A program made the position numbers and the translations under genes. Under the pieces are notes generated by a model. It saw only the letters and a list, made by a program, of their open reading frames with translations, was not told the origin of the DNA and searched no databases. Below, piece by piece: positions 11,863 to 24,713 of a DNA stretch of 64,000 bases; within the stretch, counting starts at the first letter, position 1, and each line of letters begins with the position of its first letter. Where the stretch lies: the NCBI GenBank assembly GCA_050230475.1, contig JBFLGF010000198.1, positions 1 through 64,000 of the forward strand. Direction: 5' to 3'. This DNA comes from Ancylonema sp. (lineage: Eukaryota).

Positions 11863-14800
11863 TGAAACATACGCTGGTCGATGATATTCTTCGGTTGCTC
11901 CCTGGGAATATGCAATGATATTCCTATGATATTATTCGGCTGGTTCCGACGGCAAGTGATTGCAAGGAATGTGGCTGGAAATATTCCGAAGCAAAAAAAT
12001 GGATGCCCTAGTTCAGCCGAGATGAGGAAAACACTACAACTACCGTCACGAAGAAAATAATAGTGAGTAATAATCAGAATTTACGAGTGCTTCGTTATCT
12101 GTGACTCTAAAAGCTGGGCTGGAAGTCATGACGTCGCGGAAACCATGATCTAATTTTCTAGTCACATTGGAAAAATCTTCAGTTGATAAATAATAGAATG
12201 ATATTCTGATTTCTGATACCTTTTTTTTTTTTTTTTCTTAATCACGCTTGATTCACGCCTCCGCAGAACCTAGATTGCCAGCACGCCAGCATCCACGTCA
12301 GCAGATATCCACGTCAGCATGGCACGCTCCATTCGATGTACCCGCAGACCAATGTTCGTTCCTATTACGGGCTGCCAACTCCTTTGAAACGAAGATAGCG
12401 TAGGTTACACCCGCATAATTTATTGCCTGTCTATATTAATCCAATGAAGTTTTGAAGAAGTTATTCGGAGATAACATTAATAAAAAAATATAATAACGAT
12501 TATTTGTACTACTTCGTATGATTTGTATCTTTGGGTCCTCATACATGTCGATGAATGCATATTTGTGGTACACGGCTGTATGTTTTATGATTTACTCGCG
12601 TGTATCCGGGCTAAGTTCAAGTCACATCGAACATCTTATCCGGGTCCATTGTAACAAGAAAATATAATGAAGGGTCCCAAATCATTATGGCAAATGAATA
12701 TGACAAAAAACGAAACGATTTACGCACAAATCGGCACGCAAAGTATTCAAGATGCATACACCATGCAAGAATAGATAGCGCAGAGAAACTTACATCAGTA
12801 AAAAGATGCGCGACTCGAAGGGTATCAATGTGTCAAAAAGCACGAGGCGAATGTGACAAAAAAAAAAAATGGAAATTCAGAACTCACGGGATTTCACAAT
12901 AAACGACGGTTGAAAAAAGAATGTTAAAATTCAGATAGCAAAAGTGGTCCGTTATGAGTACATTTTTTTCTCTTATACAATCGAAGCGACGCGTGCTTAA
13001 AATGCGCTTCGCGTGTTTGGCTTTTCTAAGATTAAATCTTATATAAAGGCTATAAAAAATATTGACTACACATGAGATTTATTATAGGGTCTTCGATTAG
13101 CGCGTGCGACGGCTCATCGATAAAATTAGACAAGTGATTGATGAAAATAATTAGCGTGCACTACTTTCTTTGGCTATATCGATAGGCTTGATACTACTTG
13201 GAATTAATACATGAAAATTTCTCACCGACTTTATTTGAGGTTCTTAATCATATGAAAATAAAAATATTTGCCGAGCGAGAGCTGCTAATTATAACGATTA
13301 TAACGATATGTTTAAACTTCGCGGATTTAGCTTCCAAAAAACAATTGAAATAGCTCCACTTGAGCGGCTAATCACTAGAAAAGGATTTTCCCTTGATCAA
13401 ACGGCATGACTGCCGTGTTCAAAAAGTTCCCGAAAGTTTATCACCTGTGATCTCTATCAAATCGTAGTTGTCGTTAGATTTGACATCGAATAAGATTTGG
13501 ACTCTGGATAATAAGTTATTGTCGAGAATTTGGTTGCATCCTATCGCATATCGCCTTCATTCACCTTGTATCGTTTTGCTTACGCAACTCTCCGTGCTTC
13601 GCACAACGTAAATTTTCGCACTAAGCGAATCGGAAAATTTTGTACTCAAACTTGTAGTTATTACGTGACTCCCATCGAATTCGCTTCGCGAGAAGATTTG
13701 CTGACGTTTAATTGTTTTATGGTACTTGTCTACTATTGCATATGTGATATTCTTCTTCGAAATTATCGACATCAAATCGAGCTTACGCCTATAAACCGAG
13801 CTATCGCTCAAATGCCGATCATTCAATTGAAGTTGTCGCGCATTAACTTGCTATCATTTACGGATAGGGCTTACTTGTGTATCAACACATGTCCCCGTCC
13901 AAATGTTGTGCTTGTTGAAGTAATTATGTATTACACAATTGTATTCTCCTTAGACGTCGAGCATAATGGTTGTAAGTGCCGACTTTCTTGAACTGAGTGT
14001 AGCAATGACTAAAGCTCGAAAAGTTCACGTTAATGTGACCTCCGTCGGCCACTATTGTAATTGTAACAAAACTGACTCTCTAAGTGACGGCAATTGAGTC
14101 CCTATGTGCTATTTGCGCTTAATTATTCAACGTTAGCAAGTGATAAGACAAGTTCTTTACGTCGAGAGACTACGTCGTCGATGCCCAATACCCTTACCGA
14201 ACCAATCACGCACGTCACGGCTATAGCCAATGTCCATCTAGCGTTATGATGACAAATTCAATGATTTCGCGCCAAAATAGCCTCGAAGTACTCTTTTTGG
14301 AAATGATACCGAGTCGTCGTCAAGCAGCGGCGTCACATACGTGTGTTTAGAGCCGCTTGCATGAAGATTCATTACGCGTTACGCGCATTCAACCGGAGTA
14401 TACGACCGCGAAAAAAATCACACGTGTGTGTATAACACGTATGTAGGGAAAGACGGCCAGGTGCACACGACTAAATAGGTGCTTGTGCATAGTTCACATG
14501 CACTATGGGTATAAATACGCGTAATAAATTGAACACTAGCTAATTCCATCACACAATTCCGTCCCCATTGGCAACCCTGGGTGCTATAGTATGCTGGTGT
14601 CTACATAGATAGTGTGCCTCACATGTACAACCCCGATGTGAGAAACCAGAAAATTCGGAAACAACGTTTTAACAACGATTGTTTCTTATATGAATCACAT
14701 TTCAATGTAAAATCGAAAAGAAACCCGATTGATAATGTCTAATAACGAATACTTGCTTGTATCAATTGGTATATCGGGGTATTATGATTTATTAGGGTAG

Positions 14801-15693
14801 AAAACATGGATAATTAAAAAAACATCATTCTCAAACGGTCGTCCCTTCATCATATATTTATGTTTATACAACGGGGTGCAAAAATGGTGGGACGATTCCA
14901 TGTACATTAAAAAATGTACGATACTATTATTTTATTTTCATGTCACTCCATGGAAATATTATTTTAAATAGAGGTTATAAAAGAACATATGCAAAGATTT
15001 GTGCGTTGGCAAGTGAAGGTCAAAATCTTGTCGATTCGTCTTTGATTCTCTCTTGAGAGTGAGTGTGATATACAAGTATGGAGCTTTTCGGGCACATAGC
15101 ATGGGGGCAGCGTGTGTCCATCACATGCAGACCTTATCTAAGTGAGGTAAAAGAAAGAATACGGAAAGCAACTAATGTCAAAAGAGCGTCAAACGCACAT
15201 CTTCTATTATTTTGTGTTGCGCCGGCGTTAAAAAAGAACAAAAGAAAACAAAAAGAAACAAACAAAATAACTTGACAACTCGTAGTTCCCGCATAGTTTG
15301 CTTACATAACGCATACACTAGATTCTTGTGTTTTTTTAAATCGCAAATAATGCATATAGAGAACTCACAAAGCCATAGAGTTAGAAAACGTAGCAACAAA
15401 AGTGCAAGTGTCGTAACGTGTGGGACACTTTCTTTATTTCACGTTAGACGAGGTAACTTTTGTCCATTATGTTGACATGTGTGTCTCCTTTGAAAAGATT
15501 ATAATTGTGCACCATGCTAAGCAAGATATAAGAATTTAGCACTAGAAGTCCTATGGGGTAAAGAGGCGTGCAGCTGACATAAAATGTAGGGCAAAACATT
15601 TCTTGAAACATATTAATCCAACATTGACCACGTCATCAACAATGTAAGCCTATTACTTTTTTAGCACGAGTTTTGTTTTTTTAAGGTTTGTGA

Positions 15694-17582
15694 TCATTTT
15701 ACTCCCTTGTCCGTCCTTGCACATAGTACTACGGCTTCGAGGGTAGCCAAGACATCCTCTACTACAGTTGAAGCGTCTTTAGCGGCGTTTGCGGCAGCGA
15801 TTACGGCGGTGGCGGCAGATGTGGCGGCGGTTGCGGCTGCAATTTCGGCTGACACCGCCGTTTCCGCTACCTTCGCGCCTTGATGGATTGAACCTAAGGC
15901 CTTCTCCTCAATCCACGAGTATTCAAGGTTTGAATTTATACCATAGAAGGTCGCCCCCTCACATATCGTTGATTCACTTCGTGTCACCACCACCAGATAT
16001 GGAAATTCGTTTCGGACGCGCTTTTGAAGATATTTGCATTCTAAAAAGTCTCTTAGCAAGAAGATAGCTCCGCACTCGTGGTTTTTTTTTGCACCTCCTG
16101 TCGTATAAGGTGGAGAAATTGAGCAACGACGGAGTCGAAGATGATGTGCATGTGATGAGAGGTTATGACGAGCTCATCACACTTGCGCTGCACATCTCCA
16201 TGTGTCTCGATATGTGCTTCCCAAGCCACCGATAAAGCACTTGGAACATCGAACTTGTACAACAAATCCATCTCGCCGCTGTCATTGAATATGAAGTTTA
16301 AGTGGTGTCACATATTGTGTTTAATCCTTGATGACGTTATGTGCTTGCGACACGCTAATGAGTTCAACAAATATTGTCTCACACAAATGCCATCGTGAGC
16401 CCGGGGGATATGAGCCCGGGGAACATCACTATCATAGAGCTCTTTGGTGAAGCTAATGACAAAAAAAGGGGTGACAATGTTGATGCTGCATACCATTATG
16501 TAACTTCGTATTAGAGAAAAACAAAAAGTTGAAATCTCCAAAGAAATTAGGCGCCGTTATTACCCGAATGATCTCTTCGCTTGGAACCATTGTCGCATGA
16601 GTGATGCCATCATATAAGGTCGGTGGACCATTACATCATGTAATATCGTAATTTATTCCCGGAGAAGCTTCACAAAAACTTCGTCCACAAGTTTCTCGCC
16701 AAATAAGAGTCCCAAGTTTCTCGACACTTCCCTCGCCCCTCCTCCTCTCCCAACCTCTTGGCCCACCAAATCGACAGTCTCCCCACGTACGTGGACCACC
16801 ACAACCCGGTCACGTTCCGCGAGGGGATCCACGCTCCGGGGCCAATTATGAGGGCTGCGGCAAGAAATCGAGCCAGCCTCTGCTTCGGAAACGAGGAGAA
16901 TTTCGTGAAGACTTCCTCCATTCAAGCCGATGATTCCACGTGGTTGCACCAGATCAGCCCGATACATGCACTTCTTCATCCGGTTCTTGGCAGTATCATC
17001 CCAAGAATTTGGAACACTCATAACCCACTGGAGGTCACACAAATTTAAGTGGCTACCGAATCTGCTCCGGATTTATTTGAGGGCGAAACGCCCAAATTGT
17101 GCGAGATAATCGGCGGTGACTCTTTCAGCATGAAGACCAGCGGGCAAAGAATATGGAAGAGGCATATGATTTGAATCTGCAATATTTTCTCCAGCTAGTA
17201 GCAACGTGAAATTCGTGACCAGCCTTCCACCTTCTTCATTGAATTTTGACCCCCTTGCACCTCTCGGAAACACGTCTTCTGGTGGCTCATACGATTTTTC
17301 TTCGTTCTGAATCACGGCTGGCCAACCCCACCTGCTGACCTTCCACTGCCCGTGTTCTTCGGGAAGGTAGTAAAGACTAGTTGCGGTCGTGCAACTGTGC
17401 CCGTGGCCGTTGGCTCCATGCTCCTCCGGCCAGTCGTAGTGAATAATGATGGGAGTGGATTCTGGTGAATATGATACTAGAGCGTACGCAAATGCAGAGA
17501 AGCCTGAACCGATGTCTAGGCCAACGATTATACGTGGCGGTTCTGGCCGAGCCGTTGCTGCCCTTGTTCTTCTGGAGCCCAT
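15694..17582 (-). pseudogene. HSPA12-like paralog, decayed
   Basis: Collinear with flanking paralogs and same intron position (donor at 16563). In-frame TAA at 17073-17075 and 16653-16655, frameshift at the T-run near 16082-16090, eroded ATPase motifs (DIGSGFS, HVRGETVD), and an Ala-rich replacement C-terminus. Confidence 0.85.
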
Positions 17583-20047
17583 TGATAATAGTATGTCACT
17601 TCTCACTCTATGCCATTATTTATAGTCCAGTGCACTGAATTGATACTCAAATTATGGCGTTTCTTGTGGCATGTTACGATTGTAAGCCACTCGGGAGTCT
17701 TTGAGCGCTGAGGATTTGTAGCTATTTCCACCAGCCGAAACAATCTATGGTATGGCTGCCGCATAACTGCTTCAGGATCAACTAGCATGGCTGGTTTGTA
17801 TAACTGCCAGCGAATAATTTGGTTTTATATCCACAAGTGAATGATATACATCCTGTCAAACAGTATTCCTCGTTCCGCTTTACGTCTCCGCGATGAATGT
17901 GCCACGACCTGCGCTGGCTATGCGGCATATGATACATCGATCATGGGACAAACTAATGATTGTAGGAACTCACGAACACGAGACCTTTGAGTATCATAGA
18001 CGTCATCAATTGGTTGGCACTCACTCGAGGCGTACGTAGGTTTAACTTGCCCCCGCCGTTGAATAATACCACCAGGCTTCTCATGACGTGAATATAATGT
18101 GACTACCGACTTTATCGGAAGAAAAAAAACAATAATTATAAGATTCACGTAGCTGGGTATTTTTTGTTTTTTACAAAAGATCTTCACCACCCTTCGTCGG
18201 CTGAGCATCAAAACATCGTTGAACACGTTGGGAAACGTCCAAACAAGCCATCATCGGGGCGCGACAATAATATTTGGTAACTGAATTGGTCTGTCTGAAA
18301 ACCAAAAAAGACATGAAATATTACAAACATTTATGTTTTTTTAATACGTTATAACAACATGAGTAACATCATCAAAAAATATTCGAAATATTACTATATC
18401 TCACATACTACTATATCTGACGACTCTTTGTGTTCAATACTTGTTACCGAATTAGACCACTATTACGTACGGTATGGAAGTATACAACTTACAAAGTTAT
18501 CGAGTACCACCAAGCTAGTACAACGCACCATATGTACACCATTGTTTCTACTCCATTGAGCTAAGTATTTGATATTTGATCGATATCTTCAACCCTCTCG
18601 ACAAAGTCATCAATTTGCAACTATCACGGGTACTTTGGTAACTTATTGTCGGATTTCGACGGCTTTATTGAATTTATTTGACGGCTTTTCGACTCAGAGA
18701 CACAAAGTCATTGCGGGGACATGTGCAATTGTGGTACAAGGTTGATGTCTCGGATATATAATGGTTGCACATGATAGAAATTATTAAAAGAGTGAGTGAT
18801 TTCATACAAAGTTTGAAGAATATTATTTTTTGTTTTGAGGTAAGGTTTTTATATGATCGATACCACACTAGTTTTTTTTCTTCGTGAGACGGGTAGCTCG
18901 GGTGCTAACAAAATCACATGTTTACATCATTTAAAAAAAAAACGTCGGCGTCATAAGTAAATCGATTTAAAACTTACTTGTGTTATTGAGTGAAGGAAGT
19001 TGCCAAAAACTAATGGAACCAGCATGCAAAAAGGATATGGACGGGTGTTGTACTCGGAGGACGATAAGTTGAAAAATGTGAGTGTGACTAAGCGTGGGGT
19101 GCTTGTCTCAACTTCGCAATGGAGAAAGTGATGCTTGAATTACGACCTTCCACGTATTGCTGATTTCATGTCATTTTATATCTTGGAAGTTAGATGTGCT
19201 ATTGCTAACTCTAGCTACAATTGTGTGGTGATTGCGATGGGTGGGAAAATTTAATGACTTTCGGAAGTCGCAAGTACAACATAAATTTATGTCATTTTCT
19301 CTCTCTTTTTTTGTATGATGTGCATATTTGTACTTCGTTCCATCGACCAAAATAAATATCACGAAGTTTTTTTTTTTTTTTTTTTGTGGGAATGAAGTTC
19401 GACAAAGTCTATAATCAAATATTTTACGTGCGCATCGTAACTAGAAAACCAACTCGTCTTCAGATCTATGTAAAATACTCGAATATGGGCACCATAACAA
19501 GATAAACGTATTTCGTTTCGTAGAGGTTCAACAAGATACTTCGAGTTCTTGTTCTCAGAAGTATCATATTTAAAATGTCAACCACACTAAAAAGAACGAT
19601 TTTCAATGATGATGATTTTGTTGCCCTACTAATTAAATTCTTTGAATCTTCGCAACGAATAATATAAATTGCATATTGATAACATATTTGATGTATAAAT
19701 ATTTGTAACAACTCGCCAAAAGTATTGACAACAAACTTTATCAAAACATCATTTGGAGGCTGATTCATATCCGGTGCGAAACTTCGTACAACGTGTTGTG
19801 AGTGTGTCACCTCACCCTCATCGATGTGCCCGATAGAACGTACTCCACATTCCTAATGAGTTTTTCCAAATGAACTTATTCACCCCTCAGTATACTTGTG
19901 CACGTGCCTTTACAATATCCCTTGATGAATACATGCCACGATTTCCCCTTGCGCTATCATGCTATATTGTTGTCAATCATTCTATCTAGGATCAGATATT
20001 ACGGAGAGTACCCAGTCCTAGAAACAAGTTACTTTCCAATTTCAGTA

Positions 20048-22233
20048 CTACTTCACATCGGCACCATCAAAATCGATAGACATGGATCCATCTTCGTGCC
20101 GTCCTTGCCTAAAATTCAATGGCTTCGCGGTGACTTCCAGACAACTCCGACCAAAATACATTTGTATCTCAAGTTCTCGCTCTAATCCTTTACTCGTATC
20201 CGGCATGAGGAAGGTGAACTTCCCCTCTCTCTTAACCCCCCACTCCGTTGTAGATTCCACATCCACGTCCTCGCTACTGAAAAGCTCCACGAGGCCTTCT
20301 TTTTGCCCTGGATGAGATGGCTGGACGGTGTGCGTGACGTGACTGTCGACCTCAATCTCCTCTCCCTTATTCACAAACGTGAGAAACGAATCCTCGTCGA
20401 TGTCGGGGAGAAAGGGCGGCCCTATTCCGGCCATGAAAAAGAGGGGGCTGGGCTTCAGAGACACGTTGTTAACCCCGATGCCGTAAGTCTTCCGCGCTAT
20501 TCGGGAGGCCACTTGATTTGGCCTCATTCCAAACATGGTCGCTCCAACGCATATGGCTGAACCGGATACTTCGGGTATGACCACCGGTAAAGGTCCAAAC
20601 GAATCTTTAACGCGTTTTTGGAGATACTTGGACTCCGAAAAGCCCCCTACCATCAGAATTGCTTTGCAACCCGGAACGGCCCGCACCTGCTTCCGAATGA
20701 GCTCAATAATGTGGCCCACGATCGGGTCGAAAATTCGCCTTATATCTTGAGAAGTAAGAAGAAGCTCGTCGGTTTCTCGCTCCTCCAGCCCGTGCTTTTC
20801 GATGTGCTTCTCCCAAGCAGCCGCCAACCGGGACGAAATATTGATGATAGAGGCGTCGTGCGGTTCTCCACTGATGCAAACCAAACGAAATAGACAATGT
20901 TCCTCGTACAGTTCATGCAATGTTTAAGAATGAATGCACAAGTCGTCGTCGTGCACAATCAAGATGTAGAAGCGTTGCGTGGTGCGGGAAGAAGCCTTTA
21001 AATGTACCGTGAATACATTCGAGCACATCCCGTGGCCTTGAGAATATTGAACACGACAACGGGATAATGTAATCGTCTACAACGCATACCGAGAAGGAGT
21101 GAATAAAATAGAGTGGGGTCGGATCTTTCAAAGTAGAAATTTCACCGTAAATACCTGAATTTGTTCTTTATGATGAACCACTGCTTCATGAGGCCAACCA
21201 TCGTGGAAGGGCGATCAGCTACAAACTCGCGGAGTATCGGAATCACTTCGCCAAGAAGCTTCACAAAATTATCGTCCACGAATTTCCCTCCACATCAATT
21301 TCCCGAGCTCCGCGCTATCTCCCTCGTCCTCCCCTCCTCGTCCTCCACTTGGCCCACCAAATCGACGGTACCCCCGCCCGCGTCGACCACCACGAAACGG
21401 TCATTAGAAGAGAGGGGCTCCACGTCTTTGGGCCAATTCTCAGGGGTGCGACAGTATATGGACCCGGCCTCCGGTTCAAAAATGAGAAGAAGCTCGTGGC
21501 GACTTCCTCCGTTGGAATCGACTCGGCCACGTGGCTGCACCAGATTGGCGCGCTCCATGCACCTCTTCATGGTTCGCTTTGCCTTTTCGTCCCAAATGCT
21601 TGGAACCGTGATGACCCACTGCAAATCGGACATGTCGAGGTGCGCGCCGAAGGTTTTCTGAATGTCTCTCAGAGCGAACTGTCCCATCTGGGCGAGGTAG
21701 TCGCTTATGACTCGTTCCAACTCAAGACCTTCAGGCAACGTATCCGCAAGGGGGCTCTGACCACTTCTGTCTTCGCATAAAAGGAGCTTGAAATGCGTGA
21801 CTAGCACCCCAGAATCGCGCTCGCGCCCTACCCCTTTTGTCGGAGATCCCACGCGGGGCTCGTCTGAATTTCTATAGGAGGGGCTTCCAATGTTCAGACT
21901 GGAGACACTTCTGTTCACATCCGCGATAGCGTCTTCCTTGCCGAGAGTTTTCGAGTGCCGAATCTTCGCCGGCCATCCCCAATTTTTCAATTTCCACTGA
22001 CCGTGAGTGGCCCGTGGAAGGTAGTACGAGCTGGTTGTTGTTTTGCAGTACGGGGTGTGAGCTTCCTTCTGTTCTGGCCACTCGTAGAAGACTCGGAGTA
22101 AGTTGGAAGGGTGTGGGGAGTTCAAACCGTACGCGAAACCAGAAAATGTCGTTCCGAAATCCAATCCAACGACGACACGTGGCGCTGCCAGACGTGGCAC
22201 TCTTGCCTTGTTCCTAGATCCCCTAGATGACAT
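20048..22233 (-). pseudogene. HSPA12-like paralog with a single in-frame TGA (exons 21155-22233, 20048-20870; 634 codons including terminal stop)
   Basis: All ATPase motifs intact (DFGTTFSG, EPEAGS, DAGGGTVD, VGGFSES). The frame continues past TGA 21295-21297 as CGGKFVDDNF...KNKFS to the conserved intron. Confidence 0.75.
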
Positions 22234-24713
22234 TTGGGGACAGAATTTGCAGTTATTTTCGGTTCAAGCAAAACATACAATGTGTGACAGTAGACTGCAG
22301 ATTTCAGGAATTCATATCCGAAGAGGTCGAAACCCAGATTTACGATGAAGGAAGAGGCTGAGATATCGGTCGACTCCTGTCAATTGAAGAGTTTCTCAAA
22401 TCAGGATGGTCTGCGTTGAACATGAAAAAATTGCTCTGTAATCTGTCGGATGTTTGATCGCTCCACTGATTTGCACTTGAATGAGGCGAGAAAAGTCGGA
22501 AAGGATGCAGATTGAGTCACCTCACGCCTCCCTCACGCCTTCGTTTCACAGACGACAATATACGTCGACACGAGCGTCACGCGCGACGACACGTGCAATG
22601 CGAGATATGATATACATATGTATGCTGCAAGGATTGATATTGGAGCTGGTCGTCTGGCACCCCCATCTAGCCGTCTGCCAGAAAATATACAAAATCTTGC
22701 TCCTCGGATAGCATCCAGGTCGTTGGTTAACGATGGTGGTGGTGTTCGGTATCGGCGATGGCAGGAAATCGAATGCACCGTAGTGAATTAATACTGAAAA
22801 AGGTATCGAAAAGCGATGTACAAAATGTTTGATTCAATCATGGAGACGGACTTTGTATGTGTGATATCCGGAATACCAATCAGATTTGGTTGTCGAGTAC
22901 AATCATCGTCGTCGTGGTCGTCTCGTCTCATCTCGTCTCGTCTGTCTTTTTACCATCAAGCCACTGAGTATCAGGTATTGACATCTTGTTATCCTGCATC
23001 TGCCGAGTGGTAATGTGTTGGATTTTGAAGATTTTGGAAGATTCTCGAAGAAGTATGTGGAGATCGATTTGCGGGGGGTTTTCTGTCCGATATCGATACT
23101 GCGGGTATCTTCTCGCTATCGGGGTATTGGTAGTGGTTTATACCAAACATTGGTTTTCTAGAATTTGGTAGATTTCGGTTTATCGATCGGGGATGTTATT
23201 TGATTTCGTCTCCTTATCGACAGAATAGGACGTGTCATAAATGGGAGATTTGAGTCATTAATGATTTCTCGTACGCCATTGTAGCCCTGGCGTTGTCGTC
23301 TTAGAAGGACTAGATTAAGGGGTGGTAAAAACGAATTTCGACACTTTTGTTCATTTTGGAACCTCCTGCAAAAAGTTGTTTTCACGTGTTGTGGTGGCAT
23401 GACGATGAATCGTTTTCTTTGTTTGGATGATTCTTATTCACACTCGACCTCTGGACTCTAAATCATCGATTTCAATGACAACGAATTTCCTAGTACGTAT
23501 GTAATATTATATTGCAATCATGCCCGCCATCGATTTTTGTTAGTGCTCGACTTTGATACAAAAATATTGCCAACAGTTTATTCCCCTCTCACTCTTACCA
23601 CACAAAAATGAACACGCACGCAAGATACGCACGTAGACTGTCGAGTGTGGCAACATATGTTTTTTTGGACACGAATGAATCACTTGTCGACGTATCTGAC
23701 ATCCCTCATCTGCATTTAGTATACAACCGAACGATATAATGGAACATTAAGAAATATGCAAAGGCTATCCTTCCCTCCTCTAAATGCACCATTTAGCGCA
23801 ATTAGCATAACACACTTTGACCAACTACATGGCGCAGTTTACATCACCTCCAACAAGTTGCTCTTTCCCCCTTGTATCGAGTCAAATGGACGGGAAATTC
23901 AATGCACGTTGTTGCAGCGAGGGCAACTTTATGTGTTGGTTCAACGAAAAAACTTGCATCCCACCGTCCAACGGCATTGGACAATCAAATCGACACTACA
24001 AACTTTCCAACAAACGTTCATATTCAGTTATCGGTTCAAAAAATCCATGATGCATAGAGGAACGCGCTATGCCATTTTTCAACACAAGACACATACGTGC
24101 ATGCATTCAATATCACCCTTGACTTCCGATGTGTAAGACGTTAGGAGCTCTGATCATGGAAAAGAAAAGCACACACACAAACAGACACAAACCAAACACT
24201 CTAGACTAGACTTGCTCAATCTATTGCGTGCCAACAAGGATAGAGTCTGGTGTCCATCGATACAATCGGACGTCCAACCCACGGGGAACCAAGAACGCAC
24301 TTGAAGTTGGTACATGTATACTTCACTTGCATCAAGATCAAACCTCTCAAAAAAAAAACAAAAAAAAAAAAACACGTGTTTCAATGTATTGATATAAGAC
24401 AAAGGATATCTCAAAATATAATGACATCAAAAAAGATGTATATCAATCAAGTACCAAGCTGCTTTGATAATAACACGCCTTACTCAATACACAAAATAGT
24501 TTCCAAAAATTTGTCGGGGGTCCACAAGGACTTGCCACGATCATAAAGTTGTCCTCAGACGAGGAAATGTAATCCGCGAGTATGATATGGGATTTCAGGT
24601 GGAAAAAATTGTGAAATTGGCATGTGCAGAACATAGAATTGTGGGAAAAACTACATGTTAACGAAGAAAATAGAGTTCGACAACAACTTGACAACGTGCG
24701 TGAATGTACACCT

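Noticed and set aside
11880..12000. Heat-shock elements upstream of the HSPA12-like gene
   Set aside because: The GAA/TTC words do not have correct nGAAnnTTCnnGAAn spacing.
12367..14579. Possible old hAT element (GGGCTGCCAA ... TTGGCAACCCTG)
   Set aside because: The left TIR and TSD are too degenerate and there is no recognisable transposase inside.
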